64,000 nt of DNA from an uncultured Candidatus Rokubacteria bacterium (GTDB lineage: Bacteria > Methylomirabilota > Methylomirabilia > Rokubacteriales > DASRDR01): assembly GCA_963805625.1 (NCBI GenBank), contig CAWDVE010000011.1, positions 1 to 64,000 of the forward strand. The letters run 5' to 3'. Shown piece after piece: positions 47,685 through 57,302 of the stretch. A program made the position numbers and the translations under genes. The notes beneath the pieces are model-generated. The model saw only the letters and a list, made by a program, of their open reading frames with translations, had not been told where the DNA came from and searched no databases. Within the stretch, counting starts at the first letter, position 1. Every line of letters starts with the position of its first letter.

Positions 47685-48734
47685 TCTCCTCTTGGAGGAT
47701 TGGGAATTACTGTCTGTCTGCCGGTACACACCGGCAGGCTGCTGGACTGTTCGAACAATACTGTATTGCTGCGGGCTGGGCGGTGTCCCGATCGATGTGG
47801 GAATTGACAGGCGCTCTTCCGCCCTGATGCCGTGACGATCGCATCGGGTGGTTCATCACGGGGCCTCCGGTGCGCCAAGGCTAGCATGGCGAAAGGGCGT
47901 CAAGCACTGCGCCTCCTTCTGCTCGGCCGGCTGGTGCCGGCGCGACGATCGTGGTGACGGCCGACACTCCTGCTGGCTCGAGGTGTGGCGCCGCACAACC
48001 GGGCCGGCCTGGAGGATCATTGTCGACGATCTGCGAGCAAGTCAACGAGGTCCGCTTCGTCCACTACTCCGAGAGGTACACCCCAACCTAACTTAGACCA
48101 GGACGAAGCAGAGCGGCTGCTTAACTCGAACGAACTTGTGTTCAAGGACAACCTATCTGCATGCCGCGGGGATCTCTTGCCGGCAGCTGCCCGCCACTTC
48201 TAACTGACAATCTGTTGCCTAGCTCCGCACATTTGGGCGGCGGGACGCCGACATGAGCCGCTCGCTAGCCGCGCGGGTGCTTTCTTTCCCCGATTCCAGA
48301 ATTGCGAGGCGTCCGGCAGCACGTGGCGCCAGACGCGGAAATGCGCCCGGGATTTTCAGTCGTGCGGACAATGGTTCGCGAATGGAACGAGATCGGACGG
48401 AATCGTTGTGCATTGCAGTACTCGCCGTGTCGGGCGCTGGGTTGTGTTCACCGATCGTATGTGATCCCGCCCGATGATTCGGTCAAAGCTGGGTCAAAGC
48501 AACCGCAGCGCCCCCCCCCCGGCACCGCCGCCGCCGCAGTCCCAGTCTACCCGCCGACCCGCGGAGGCCTGTCCACACCCACGTCTCCCCGAGTCCACCC
48601 CGGCGCGCTCTGGCCCTTGCCGGGCCGGCCTGCCGCGCGCGAGAGTCCGGTCACCGGTCACCCTGGGAATGCGCCCGCTGGGCTGACGGCGGGATCGCGG
48701 CGCGGGCGGGAATCAGGCTTTGCACCGCCTACGA

Positions 48735-48958
48735 TCTGGGAGCGACAAGCGAGCTCCGAACAGCATTCGGCTGAAGGTGTCGCGCCCGAGCCGGTCAGTA
48801 CCCATCAGATGCGCCCATGTCGGTGGAGAGAGCGGTGACGCCGTGCCCGTGATGTAGGGGTCATAGGGTGCGAGGCGATCGGCGACGAGGGCCGAGACCG
48901 TCACGAGCACAAAAAAGATGGCCGACGCCAGGGCCGCCGGACTCCATACGAGTCGCAA
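48735..48958 (-). pseudogene. DppC/OppC-type ABC permease fragment
   Basis: LAPYDP...PPTWAHLMGTDRLGRDTFSRMLFGARLSL. Confidence 0.8.
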
Positions 48959-49244
48959 GAAGCCGCGCGCAAATCCCCGCGCCCATTGGCTCAGCCTTGA
49001 CTCAGGCCCAGTCCAGAATCCCGCGCTTTTGCATGTTCGTGCAACACCCCATCGCTTCCTCGGCGACTGACCTTCCTCCCCTGCTTCCTCCTTGTCTGCT
49101 GTCGGGTCACGTCATCGTTGACAGTGCCCGTGCCGCTGAGTATGATCGCCTGCAGGTCAGGCGGGCGGGCTTTTCTGTCTCGACCAGCAGGCTTTGTCGG
49201 CCCGACGCTGGGGGTAGTACTCTAGTCTCATAAGGGAGGTACCT

Positions 49245-49511
49245 ATGAAACGCTATTTTATAGTAGCTCTTTCGATTTTCGCCGCGGCGGCAACCGTGGG
49301 ATGGAAGCTCGCAAGTCTTCCGGAAATCTCGGTGGAGCTTCAGGACATCAGCCTGATCCAGAACTCCGAACACTCGCAGCCTGGCCCGACCAACGCACTG
49401 GCAGGTATCCGTATTCGCATAAGTCCCAGCGATTTCGGCTACGACATCGGGGCGACGGCCGACGCCGTTCCGCAAATCTCCTTGGCTGCCCTTAGTGCCA
49501 CGGGGTCTTGA
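49245..49511 (+). CDS. Small exported hypothetical protein
   Basis: AGGGAGG RBS; signal-like N-terminus. Confidence 0.55.
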   Translation: MKRYFIVALSIFAAAATVGWKLASLPEISVELQDISLIQNSEHSQPGPTNALAGIRIRISPSDFGYDIGATADAVPQISLAALSATGS

Positions 49512-49519
49512 GCGTTACG

Positions 49520-49665
49520 AGGGATGCGTCCGTCGGGCCGAAACTCCACGCGGTCCTGCGCCAGCGGCGGGCGGAGCAGATACCGGTAGAGTCCGTCCAG
49601 CCCAGCGCGATCGTGGGCCGCCACCCGCACCTGGGCGTGCAGATCGAAACCCGCCAGGTGCGGAG
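49520..49665 (-). mobile_element. IS91-family transposase fragment
   Basis: GFDLHAQVRVAAHDRAGLDGLYRYLLRPPLAQDRVEFRPDGR. Confidence 0.85.
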
Positions 49666-49703
49666 TTCGTCCGAGCTTCGCGTCCCAAAAATGGAGGTAC
49701 TCT

Positions 49704-50270
49704 ATGTTATTCAAAAAACTCGCAGTTGTGTTCATGCCCTCCTTCTTTGCCGCAGCGGCGCTCGTCGGCAACTCGGCCGAGGTTAGCGGAGCGGAAGACA
49801 AGCCCAATTTGGAGCGGGCATTGTCGGTCCTGCACGCGACCAGTCAGGCCGGCGTCAATGTCAGTAATTTGGCGGACAAGAGCGCCAAGTCGGATCTCGT
49901 GAAAGAATACGCCCGCACAGTGTCAAGCGGTAATGCTAAGTTCGACGCACAGCTCATGCTCATCGCCCAAAAACAGGGAATCAAGGTCCTTCCGCTGGAT
50001 CCGAAAACCGAAGCGGGTAAGAGCCTGATCGACCGACTCAAAGCTGAAGCGGTAATGCTGCGCTCTCTCAAGGGTGATGCCTTCGACAAACAGTATATGA
50101 CCCTCGTAACCAACACCCAGCAAAGCATCATGAATTTGGCGAACGCGCACATTGCGTCGGCCACGGATCCTGAGGTCAAAGCTTTCTTCACTGACTTGAA
50201 GACCATTATCGAGAAGCGTTTGACGACTGCCCAAGACATCTTGGCGAAGGTCTACGGCGACGACATCTAA
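49704..50270 (+). CDS. DUF4142-like exported protein
   Basis: VKEYA...LRSLKGDAFDKQYM...DPEVKAF. Confidence 0.75.
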   Translation: MLFKKLAVVFMPSFFAAAALVGNSAEVSGAEDKPNLERALSVLHATSQAGVNVSNLADKSAKSDLVKEYARTVSSGNAKFDAQLMLIAQKQGIKVLPLDPKTEAGKSLIDRLKAEAVMLRSLKGDAFDKQYMTLVTNTQQSIMNLANAHIASATDPEVKAFFTDLKTIIEKRLTTAQDILAKVYGDDI

Positions 50271-50286
50271 CTTCCACGCTTCACAC

Positions 50287-50316
50287 TCACCTCCTCGCTT
50301 ACCGGTGGGGAGGTGA
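50287..50316. terminator. Hairpin between convergent genes
   Basis: TCACCTCCTCGC...GTGGGGAGGTGA stem. Confidence 0.45.
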
Positions 50317-50319
50317 CAC

Positions 50320-51774
50320 CTACCTCACGCGGGTGAAGACCTGCACCGGGTCGTCCAAATCGAAGTTGAACGGAACGAAGAGCTGTTGAGACTCGTCTAG
50401 CCTCGGGTTCGAGAATCGAACCGAAATCTGCGGCCCCCCGTCGAGAATGGGTTCTCGGCTGAGAAACCCCAGTTTGCCCTGATAAACTAGCGTGAAACGA
50501 AGGTTCCGAAACTGCATCAAGAGTTGGTCCCCGTTGGCACGAACCGTGAGCGGCCCGTACGCGCGATGCTCGTATCTTCCCGCCACCTTGCTCAGCGGAA
50601 AGTCGAGCGGGACGGCAGGGACATCCTGCAACGGTGGCTGCGTTTCTTCGACGAGTCTCGTCTCCCAGTCGAGCGGCTCGAGCCCTAGAAGGTGATCATA
50701 GGCGCTGTAGGCAAGCGCCATCAGAGTCGCGGTCGCGACATCTCGGTTCATCAGGAGAATGAGCCCTTGTCCCGTTTCGGGAAGAAACCCCAGATGCACC
50801 GTATAGCCGTCGATGGCCCCGTTGTGGACCACCAGGGGATGGCCGCGGTAGCTTTCGTGAATCCACGCCAAAGCGTAGTAGGGCTGCTGGACTTCGGGCT
50901 GGTCCGGCGCCGGCATTTCCGCTTGCGGGCGATGAAGGTCACGCCAATGATCCTCCCCGAGAAGACCCGGTGATCTCGTCGCGTGAAATGTGAGCCAGCG
51001 GGCGAGATCCCGTACGCTCGAGCTCACGGCTCCGGCGGGCGCGATGGCACTCAATTGTTTCAGCATCGGTATTTTTTGTACGCTCCCCTCGTGAATAGCA
51101 TAGGGGGACGCATGATCGGAGTCGGTCGCCATCTCTTCCGCCGAAAGGACGGTGCGTCGCATTTTGAGGGAAGAGAGTATCCGGGCCTGCACGAAGCTCT
51201 CCCAGCTCTCGCCGGTGACTTGCTCGACGATGCGACCGGCGACGACGTACATCAGGCTGTTGTACCGCCACTGCGCGTGAGGGGGGCCGGCGGGCTCGAG
51301 GAAGCGAAGGCGGCGGTAGAGCTCATCTCGCGAGAATGGCGCCTGGTACCAGAAGAGATCATGCCGCGGTAATCCGCTGCGGTGGGTGAGAAGATCCCGC
51401 GTCGTCAGGGTCGCCGTCGCCACCGGATCTTCGAGGGCAAAGTCGGGAAGGTAAGTGCGTACGGGAGAGTCGAGCGCGATTTTTCCCTCGTCCGCAAGCA
51501 GAGCGATCGCCGTCGCCGTGAAAGCCTTCGAACAGGATCCGAGAGCAAAGAGCGTGTCGGGCGTTACTGGTAGGTGAGTGTACGCGTCGCGGTAGCCGAA
51601 GCCGCGGGCGAAGACGAGGCGCCCCCGCTCGACGAGTCCCACGGCCAAGCCCGGAATCTGGTCGCGTGCCATGAGACGGCGGACAAGGGGCGTAAAATCG
51701 TCGGACAACCCCGATGCACCTTTTGCCTCGAGTCCGAGAGGCAAAAGGCAAATGGCCACGAGGGGCGGGCTCAA
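50320..51774 (-). CDS. Beta-lactamase-related serine hydrolase; 5' end abuts or is interrupted by IS256
   Basis: SCSK, LLTHRSG, YNS, HNG. Confidence 0.88.
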   Translation of the reverse strand: MSPPLVAICLLPLGLEAKGASGLSDDFTPLVRRLMARDQIPGLAVGLVERGRLVFARGFGYRDAYTHLPVTPDTLFALGSCSKAFTATAIALLADEGKIALDSPVRTYLPDFALEDPVATATLTTRDLLTHRSGLPRHDLFWYQAPFSRDELYRRLRFLEPAGPPHAQWRYNSLMYVVAGRIVEQVTGESWESFVQARILSSLKMRRTVLSAEEMATDSDHASPYAIHEGSVQKIPMLKQLSAIAPAGAVSSSVRDLARWLTFHATRSPGLLGEDHWRDLHRPQAEMPAPDQPEVQQPYYALAWIHESYRGHPLVVHNGAIDGYTVHLGFLPETGQGLILLMNRDVATATLMALAYSAYDHLLGLEPLDWETRLVEETQPPLQDVPAVPLDFPLSKVAGRYEHRAYGPLTVRANGDQLLMQFRNLRFTLVYQGKLGFLSREPILDGGPQISVRFSNPRLDESQQLFVPFNFDLDDPVQVFTRVR

Positions 51775-53156
51775 GTCCGAGCCTTGCTGGATAATCTGAC
51801 GGGGGACGCACTCACGGTCGGGCGAACCGCCGGAGTGGTGCGCTCGGCGTGAGCCCGGTCCAATTCGGCGCGAATCGCCTTGAGCTGCCGCCGCTCGAAC
51901 TCGCCGACGGTGAGACCCCGCCAGCGATCGGCCGCGCGGATCACCGCGGCGTACATGAGCTTCAACACCGGCCGTTCGCCGAAGACATGGGGGAGGACCT
52001 TGGTGCGGCGCCGTTCCTCGCCGAAGAGGCGCTCAAGAGATTCGTGGTCCGGATGACCTTGCGGTGCTGGAGCGGAAACCGCAGGTGGGCGACGCATGCG
52101 TCAAAGTCCTCGAGGAAGCAGCGGACGGCCGCGGGTAGGTCCCGCTCGTAGGTCTGCACGACATCGTCCCGGAGCACGGCGGCCAGGCGGGCGACGCGGC
52201 CTCGTAGCAAGCGCGGGCGCGGAGGCCACCTCCGGCCAGGTCGCCTCCGGCACCTTGCCACGCAGGTTCCGCATCCGATGGGCCAGGCAGCGTTCGCGCA
52301 GCGCCCGCGGGAAACACGTCTCGACCGCGCGAATCAGCCCCGGCGCGCCATCGGTCACCGTCAGCAGCGGGTCCGGCAGGCCCCGGCGCTTGAGGTCTTC
52401 GAAGAAGGCGGTACAGCTTGCGGTGTCCTCCTTCGTGCCCGATGCCAGATGTAGCAGCACCTTCCGCCTGTCCTCGGTGATCCCCCAGGCGCAGAGCACC
52501 GCCTCCCGCGGCATCCCGGCATGGAGCCGCTCGGCGACGCCATCGACGAACAGGTAGGCGACCACGAACTCGCTCAGGTCCCGGGGTGGCGAACGCTTCG
52601 TATTCCTGCCACAACCGCTCCGTCACCTGACTCACGGGCGTCCGACTGAGGAGGGGCTGCCCGGCCGGCCCCTGGAAGGCCGCCTCGATGTCCCGAGTGC
52701 TCAGACCGCGCGCGTACATCTCGACGGCCAGCCGTTCGAGCTCCGCCGTGCGCCCGGGCAGACGGGCGCGGATCCGCGAGACGAAGGGATCGGGCCGATC
52801 AGCCACCTGGGAGACTCCATACTCGATGCGGCCTTCGCCCGTCTGGAGGCGGCTCCGGCGGTACCCATTGCGGTAACCGGTCCCGGGGGCTGCGCCGTTC
52901 TCGTAGTACCCGCGGCCCAGGACCTCACTGACTTCGGCTTCCAAGGCCTCCTCCACGATCTTCCGCACCGCCAGCTTGATCAGCTCGGTCTGGTCATGCT
53001 ACGCCCTGCCCCAAGAACTCCTGCAGCCCCTGGTGCGTCTGCTCCGACGCGGGTACCCTCTGTCCCATCGGGGATGCTCCTCTCGGCGTCTCGGGTTTCG
53101 AGTTCGAAGCAAGAGTGCATCCCCCATCTGTTTTCCAGTAAGTCTAGGACTTCACC
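51769..53156 (-). mobile_element. IS256-family element (frameshifted transposase ~51771-53068)
   Basis: YRNGY, MYARGLSTRDI, YLFVDG, VTDGAPGL, RCLAH, IRTTN; imperfect IRs TCAAGTCCGAGCCTTGCTGGA / TCCAGTAAGTCTAGGACTTCA. Confidence 0.9.
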
Positions 53157-54100
53157 CGGTGCGGCGCCAGGAGCGGCTCTAGTTGCCTTGGTGCTGCGGG
53201 CTGCTCCTGGATTTCCTCCGGGATCTTTTCGGGAATCAGAAAGAGACAGCCCGTCAGGAGAATCATCACGCTCGAAAAAAAGACGAGCCCCATGCAAAGA
53301 GCAATGCCCAAATGCAGTCCGATCGTCGCGAAGCCCCAGATCTTCCGGGTGCGGCGTAGACAGATGAAAAACGGATAGCCGATCTCCACCACCAAAGTGC
53401 CCCAGCCAGCGAGCATCGGGATCAAGGAATACTTCGCGAGCCAGCTTAGATCGAAAGTGCTAAAGGCGGGTTGAGAAATCACCTGCCAGATTGCCTCGCC
53501 GTTCCACCATTGTCTCCCCATTGCTTTATCTAAACCGGCGGCAAAATAGATGACGCAGAGGTGGACTTGCATCGCCCTCAGACAACCGACTGGAATCGTG
53601 TCCTCTCGGTCGGCGGCGGCAGGACGAGACGCGAACGTCCAGGCACGCCCGGACGGAAAGAGAAAGAGATAGAAAAGGAACGTATTGGCTAACTGATCCA
53701 CTCCATAAAAAGAAGCAGAACCGCTCGTCATGAGGCTGCGGTGAAGGCCCCATACGAGAAACGCCGCGAGGCGGGTGTGAAATCCCAGTGCGAGACTGAG
53801 GAGGCTTCCGGCGTAGCTCGAGAGCAAAAGGATAATGGCGGTGTGCGTACTGATGCCGAGAGGCAGAAAGGCCTTAGCTAGAGTCGGGAGGCCTGGCACC
53901 CAAGGATCACGCAGCAGGTCCGTGAGCTCCCAGGGAATGATTCCCCGACTGCCGTGCAGTGCGAGGATATCGCTCGAGAGCCAGACCAGATGAATGAGCA
54001 GCAGCAGCGCCAACCCCACTCTGAGTCCCGCGAGTGGGCGAGCCGACACCGGCCGAAACCACGTGTCGCACTCAATGCATCGGTAATTCCACGACCTCAT
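53144..54100 (-). CDS. HTTM-domain membrane protein (SdpB / gamma-carboxylase-like)
   Basis: LALGFHTR, QVHLCVIYFAAGLDK...WWNGEA, LHLGIALCMGLVFFS. Confidence 0.8.
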   Translation of the reverse strand: MRSWNYRCIECDTWFRPVSARPLAGLRVGLALLLLIHLVWLSSDILALHGSRGIIPWELTDLLRDPWVPGLPTLAKAFLPLGISTHTAIILLLSSYAGSLLSLALGFHTRLAAFLVWGLHRSLMTSGSASFYGVDQLANTFLFYLFLFPSGRAWTFASRPAAADREDTIPVGCLRAMQVHLCVIYFAAGLDKAMGRQWWNGEAIWQVISQPAFSTFDLSWLAKYSLIPMLAGWGTLVVEIGYPFFICLRRTRKIWGFATIGLHLGIALCMGLVFFSSVMILLTGCLFLIPEKIPEEIQEQPAAPRQLEPLLAPHRVKS

Positions 54101-54600
54101 GGCTGGCTTCTCTTTGTGCGCACGAACGTCGCGTCGTTCAGCACGCGCCACCGCGGCCGTACCCCCGCGCGGTAGTCGGCCATCGTGGGCATTACCCACT
54201 CCTCGATATTCACCTGCACATGGCTCGCTTCAGGATGTGCGCCGAAGCTACTCGCCGCGAGCGCACCGAGAAACGCCCGTCGCAGGTCGGTGCGCTTGGC
54301 CGCGATATAGATTGTTCCGGCGAGATTTCCGAGACGGAAGCCGACCTCGCGACTCTTCCCGGTTTCCAGTGTTTCCTCGGAGCGTTCTCCCTGCGGCGAA
54401 GAAAGGATAAACCGAGCGCGCAACTGGGGACCTACCGTCGGAGCGAAGAAAGAATAGGAGTCGCCAGCACCCGACAGTGCACTATAAAAGCGAAGTCCTC
54501 TTCCTACAGGCCCATGCACGTTTGAAGTGAGATGAGCGGCCCCTGCGACGACGAGCGCGATGTGGCAACTGAAAAAACCCACCAAGAACATGCGTTGCAT
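54097..54600 (-). CDS. HTTM partner protein (SdpA/DUF5819-like)
   Basis: N-terminal TM containing His, YSFFAP motif; ATGA-coupled to the HTTM gene. Confidence 0.6.
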   Translation of the reverse strand: MQRMFLVGFFSCHIALVVAGAAHLTSNVHGPVGRGLRFYSALSGAGDSYSFFAPTVGPQLRARFILSSPQGERSEETLETGKSREVGFRLGNLAGTIYIAAKRTDLRRAFLGALAASSFGAHPEASHVQVNIEEWVMPTMADYRAGVRPRWRVLNDATFVRTKRSQP

Positions 54601-54647
54601 GCGTCGTTTGCCTAGCACAGGGGCTCCACCCAATCCGATCTATCCCA

Positions 54648-54760
54648 CACCACGCACCTGGTGTTCGACCCCCTCGAACTGCTGGAGAAGCTCGCCGCCC
54701 TGACGGCCCGGCCAGAGATCAATTTGCTCATCTATCATGGGGTCCTGGCCCCGCACGGTG
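54648..54760 (+). mobile_element. IS91-family transposase fragment
   Basis: TTHLVFDPLELLEKLAALTARPEINLLIYHGVLAPH. Confidence 0.85.
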
Positions 54761-54914
54761 CAGTGACATTGTGCATCCTTTCGTCAAATACCTGCAATCT
54801 CGAGGTTGGGCGAATCGCCGATGCGACCCCGTGAGCGACGATGGCGACCCTGCACCCCGTCCTTTGTGGCGGCGCGAATGGCGTCGGTGTCGAGCACCGC
54901 AGGATCGAGCTGCG

Positions 54915-55019
54915 GTGGCCGACGGCTCGACCGCGCTGCTCTTGGAGCCGTTGGAGTTGCTCGAGCGCTTGGCGGCCCTCGTGCCGCCGCCGCGCCGGCC
55001 CTTGCTCGCGTATCACGGC
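54915..55019 (+). mobile_element. IS91-family transposase fragment (second subtype)
   Basis: DGSTALLLEPLELLERLAALVPPPRRPLLAYHG. Confidence 0.8.
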
Positions 55020-55116
55020 TTCAGTCTCTTCTCAACTTGATCGGACGGCCTTCGGCCTGTGGCGGCCTGTGGGCGAATCGGAGGCGCAGCGACCACGTCG
55101 CGCGCAAGGAGTGCGG

Positions 55117-55578
55117 ATGGACTCGCTGATCTGGACGGGCAACTGGGCGTGGGGCGTGCCCCTGATCGTGCTGACCTCGGTGGTCCACGTCCTCGGGCTC
55201 AGTCTCATTAACGACGCGGTCACGGGTGCGCTGGTTCGCAGAGCAGCCCGCCGCCAATTCATGGCGATGTTTGCGGCAGCCCTCAGCCTGACGGTCCTGC
55301 TGGTCACGTCGCTTCACGCCCTCGAGGCCGCAATCTGGGCGGTCGCATACCGTCTTCTCGGTGCCCTCCCTGATGCCAAGGCCGCGATGCTCTACTCGGT
55401 GAGCGCGCTGACGACCTACGGGCACGCCAGCGCCCTCCTTCCGGAGCACTGGAGGATGCTCGGGGCCCTGGAGGCTCTGAACGGGATGATCCTGTTCGGT
55501 TTGACGACGGCGTTTCTCTTCGCCATGATCCAGGAGGTCTGGCGACCCGGCAGCCGGCCCGGGCACGTGCTTGCATAG
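55117..55578 (+). CDS. Small ion-channel (Ion_trans_2-like) membrane protein
   Basis: LYSVSALTTYGH...WRMLGALEALNGMILFG. Confidence 0.8.
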   Translation: MDSLIWTGNWAWGVPLIVLTSVVHVLGLSLINDAVTGALVRRAARRQFMAMFAAALSLTVLLVTSLHALEAAIWAVAYRLLGALPDAKAAMLYSVSALTTYGHASALLPEHWRMLGALEALNGMILFGLTTAFLFAMIQEVWRPGSRPGHVLA

Positions 55579-56065
55579 GTTTCGCCCGCGGAGGGGCACG
55601 TCGCGGCAGTGATGGTCCCAAGCCTGGGGCGCCTGCGCGTTGAACTCGATGCGGAACCGCCCCGTGCAGGGTGGGTGATAGCGGGCCGGTGGAAATAGTG
55701 ACCGGTGCCGAGAATAGCAACCCGTCCTCTCCGTGGTCCCGTTCCCTTCAAGACATGCGCGCGCTCTGCGCTGGCGTTTCTGTAATAAAGGTGCTTCCCG
55801 CGAATCGAGATTCCGAGCCGAACGGGTTCTCTTTTAAACGGTTTTCCTCAGAAAATCCCCCGCCGGCCAATGCTCGCGCCCAGGCTGCGGCCGATGCGTT
55901 TCAGACTCGGCCAGCCGTGGCGTCTGGCAGCCGGGTGCTTCCAGTACCACCTCGGGCCGCAGCCGGTATTTCCAATCCCGTTACCTTCAGAGTTCCCCAG
56001 CGTCCTTCCTCGTACACCAGGCTTAGGATCGGGCTCAGTGATTCCAAGAGCTCTCGGCAACTACC

Positions 56066-56584
56066 CTAAGTCCCAAGCTCCCGCAGCTGGCTCGACGCTG
56101 CTGCGATCCGCCGATGCAGCACGGCGAGCCCTCGTCGCCACCCTTCCACATCGGCCTCGGACCTCGCGATGTCCCCTTCGAGCTGGCGTGCTTCCACTTG
56201 GTCGAGGGCGATGCCTTGGCGGAGGCGGAGGGCCTGGTTCCGGATGTCATCGATCGCCATCGTCGCGGCGGTCACGGTGGCCTTCCGGCGTTCGATGACC
56301 AGGTCCTGGGCGGCGATCTCTTTGGCCAGGTCGGCCCGCTGGGTGTCGATGGCGGCCATCCGCTCCTGGCCAGAGCGAATGGCGGCCCGATCATCTGCCT
56401 GGCGCAGGGTGGCGTGCACGCGCCGGGTTTCGAGGGCCAGCTGTTGATCCCGGGCGTGGATCTCGGCCAGCTGTGCCTGTTCATGCCGAACGGCATGCTC
56501 GGCCTCGGCGAGCACCAGCCTCGCTTTGGCCAGCTGGGTGTCAACGATCGGCGGTGTCGTCGTCGTGGTGGCGTCGTCCTCCAT
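56066..56584 (-). CDS. Coiled-coil protein, module copy B
   Basis: ~172 aa, heptad-like helical; GGGAGG RBS. Confidence 0.75.
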   Translation of the reverse strand: MEDDATTTTTPPIVDTQLAKARLVLAEAEHAVRHEQAQLAEIHARDQQLALETRRVHATLRQADDRAAIRSGQERMAAIDTQRADLAKEIAAQDLVIERRKATVTAATMAIDDIRNQALRLRQGIALDQVEARQLEGDIARSEADVEGWRRGLAVLHRRIAAASSQLRELGT

Positions 56585-56597
56585 GATGACCCTCCCC

Positions 56598-57173
56598 CTA
56601 AGGGGTGTGCATTGCGCGCTGGACCCCGAGCACGATCGCCCGGCGCACGACGGCGAGCACATCCGGCGGCAGCAACCCGGCGGGCGTCAGCCCCAGGGCC
56701 TTCAGCCGCCGGGTGGCCTCGGCGTTGGCGGGGATGGGGACGAGGGAGATCTCCATCAATTCCCATCGCTGGTGGTCGTATCCGTCCCACTGGTTCAGCG
56801 TGCTCTCCAGCGGCATGAACCCGATCGAGGCGGCCCGAATGATCCCCTGGTCCCAGGCGTTCTTCACCCGGTCGGCAAAGGCGTCCCCCACCAGCCAGCG
56901 CCACCGCGCCCGCAGTCCACGAGCGGGCTCGAGGGTGAGCTGCGTCACCGTGCCAATGGGCAAGGCGTAGGCATCGTGGCCCCAGAGGAGAACGGGATTG
57001 CGCCGAAAGCGAGTTAGGTCGGCCCCGTCCAGCAACACGCGATCCCCTTCGGAGTCGCGTCCCGGGGTGCTGACGACCATTTCGGCCTCGGGGGCGTTGG
57101 CCCCACCGGGGACCGACGCGGTAACTGTGTCGAACACCATGTGTTGCAGCGGCGCTCGTGTGGTGTTCATCAC
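56598..57173 (-). CDS. HK97-type prohead protease, copy B
   Basis: NPVLLWGHD, ASIGF, EISLVPIPAN; intact. Confidence 0.9.
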   Translation of the reverse strand: MMNTTRAPLQHMVFDTVTASVPGGANAPEAEMVVSTPGRDSEGDRVLLDGADLTRFRRNPVLLWGHDAYALPIGTVTQLTLEPARGLRARWRWLVGDAFADRVKNAWDQGIIRAASIGFMPLESTLNQWDGYDHQRWELMEISLVPIPANAEATRRLKALGLTPAGLLPPDVLAVVRRAIVLGVQRAMHTP

Positions 57174-57283
57174 TTGGTGACCATCCTTTCGAGGAAGCTC
57201 GGTCGGGATGCGGCCGGCGGCTTGCGGGGTTTACGGGGTTTGCGGGGCTTCCGTTTCGGTTTGTCGGGAGACTTCGGCATCAT
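57170..57283 (-). CDS. Small Lys/Arg/Pro-rich peptide, copy B
   Basis: MMPKSPDKPKRKPRKPRKPRKPP; GAAAGGAG RBS; stop overlaps the protease start. Confidence 0.6.
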   Translation of the reverse strand: MMPKSPDKPKRKPRKPRKPRKPPAASRPSFLERMVTK

Positions 57284-57302
57284 GCAGCTCCTTTCTCTAT
57301 GG

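Noticed and set aside
51761-53164. IS256 target-site duplication
   Set aside because: Flanks AGGGGCGG and CGGTGCGG match only 6 of 8 positions; not convincing.
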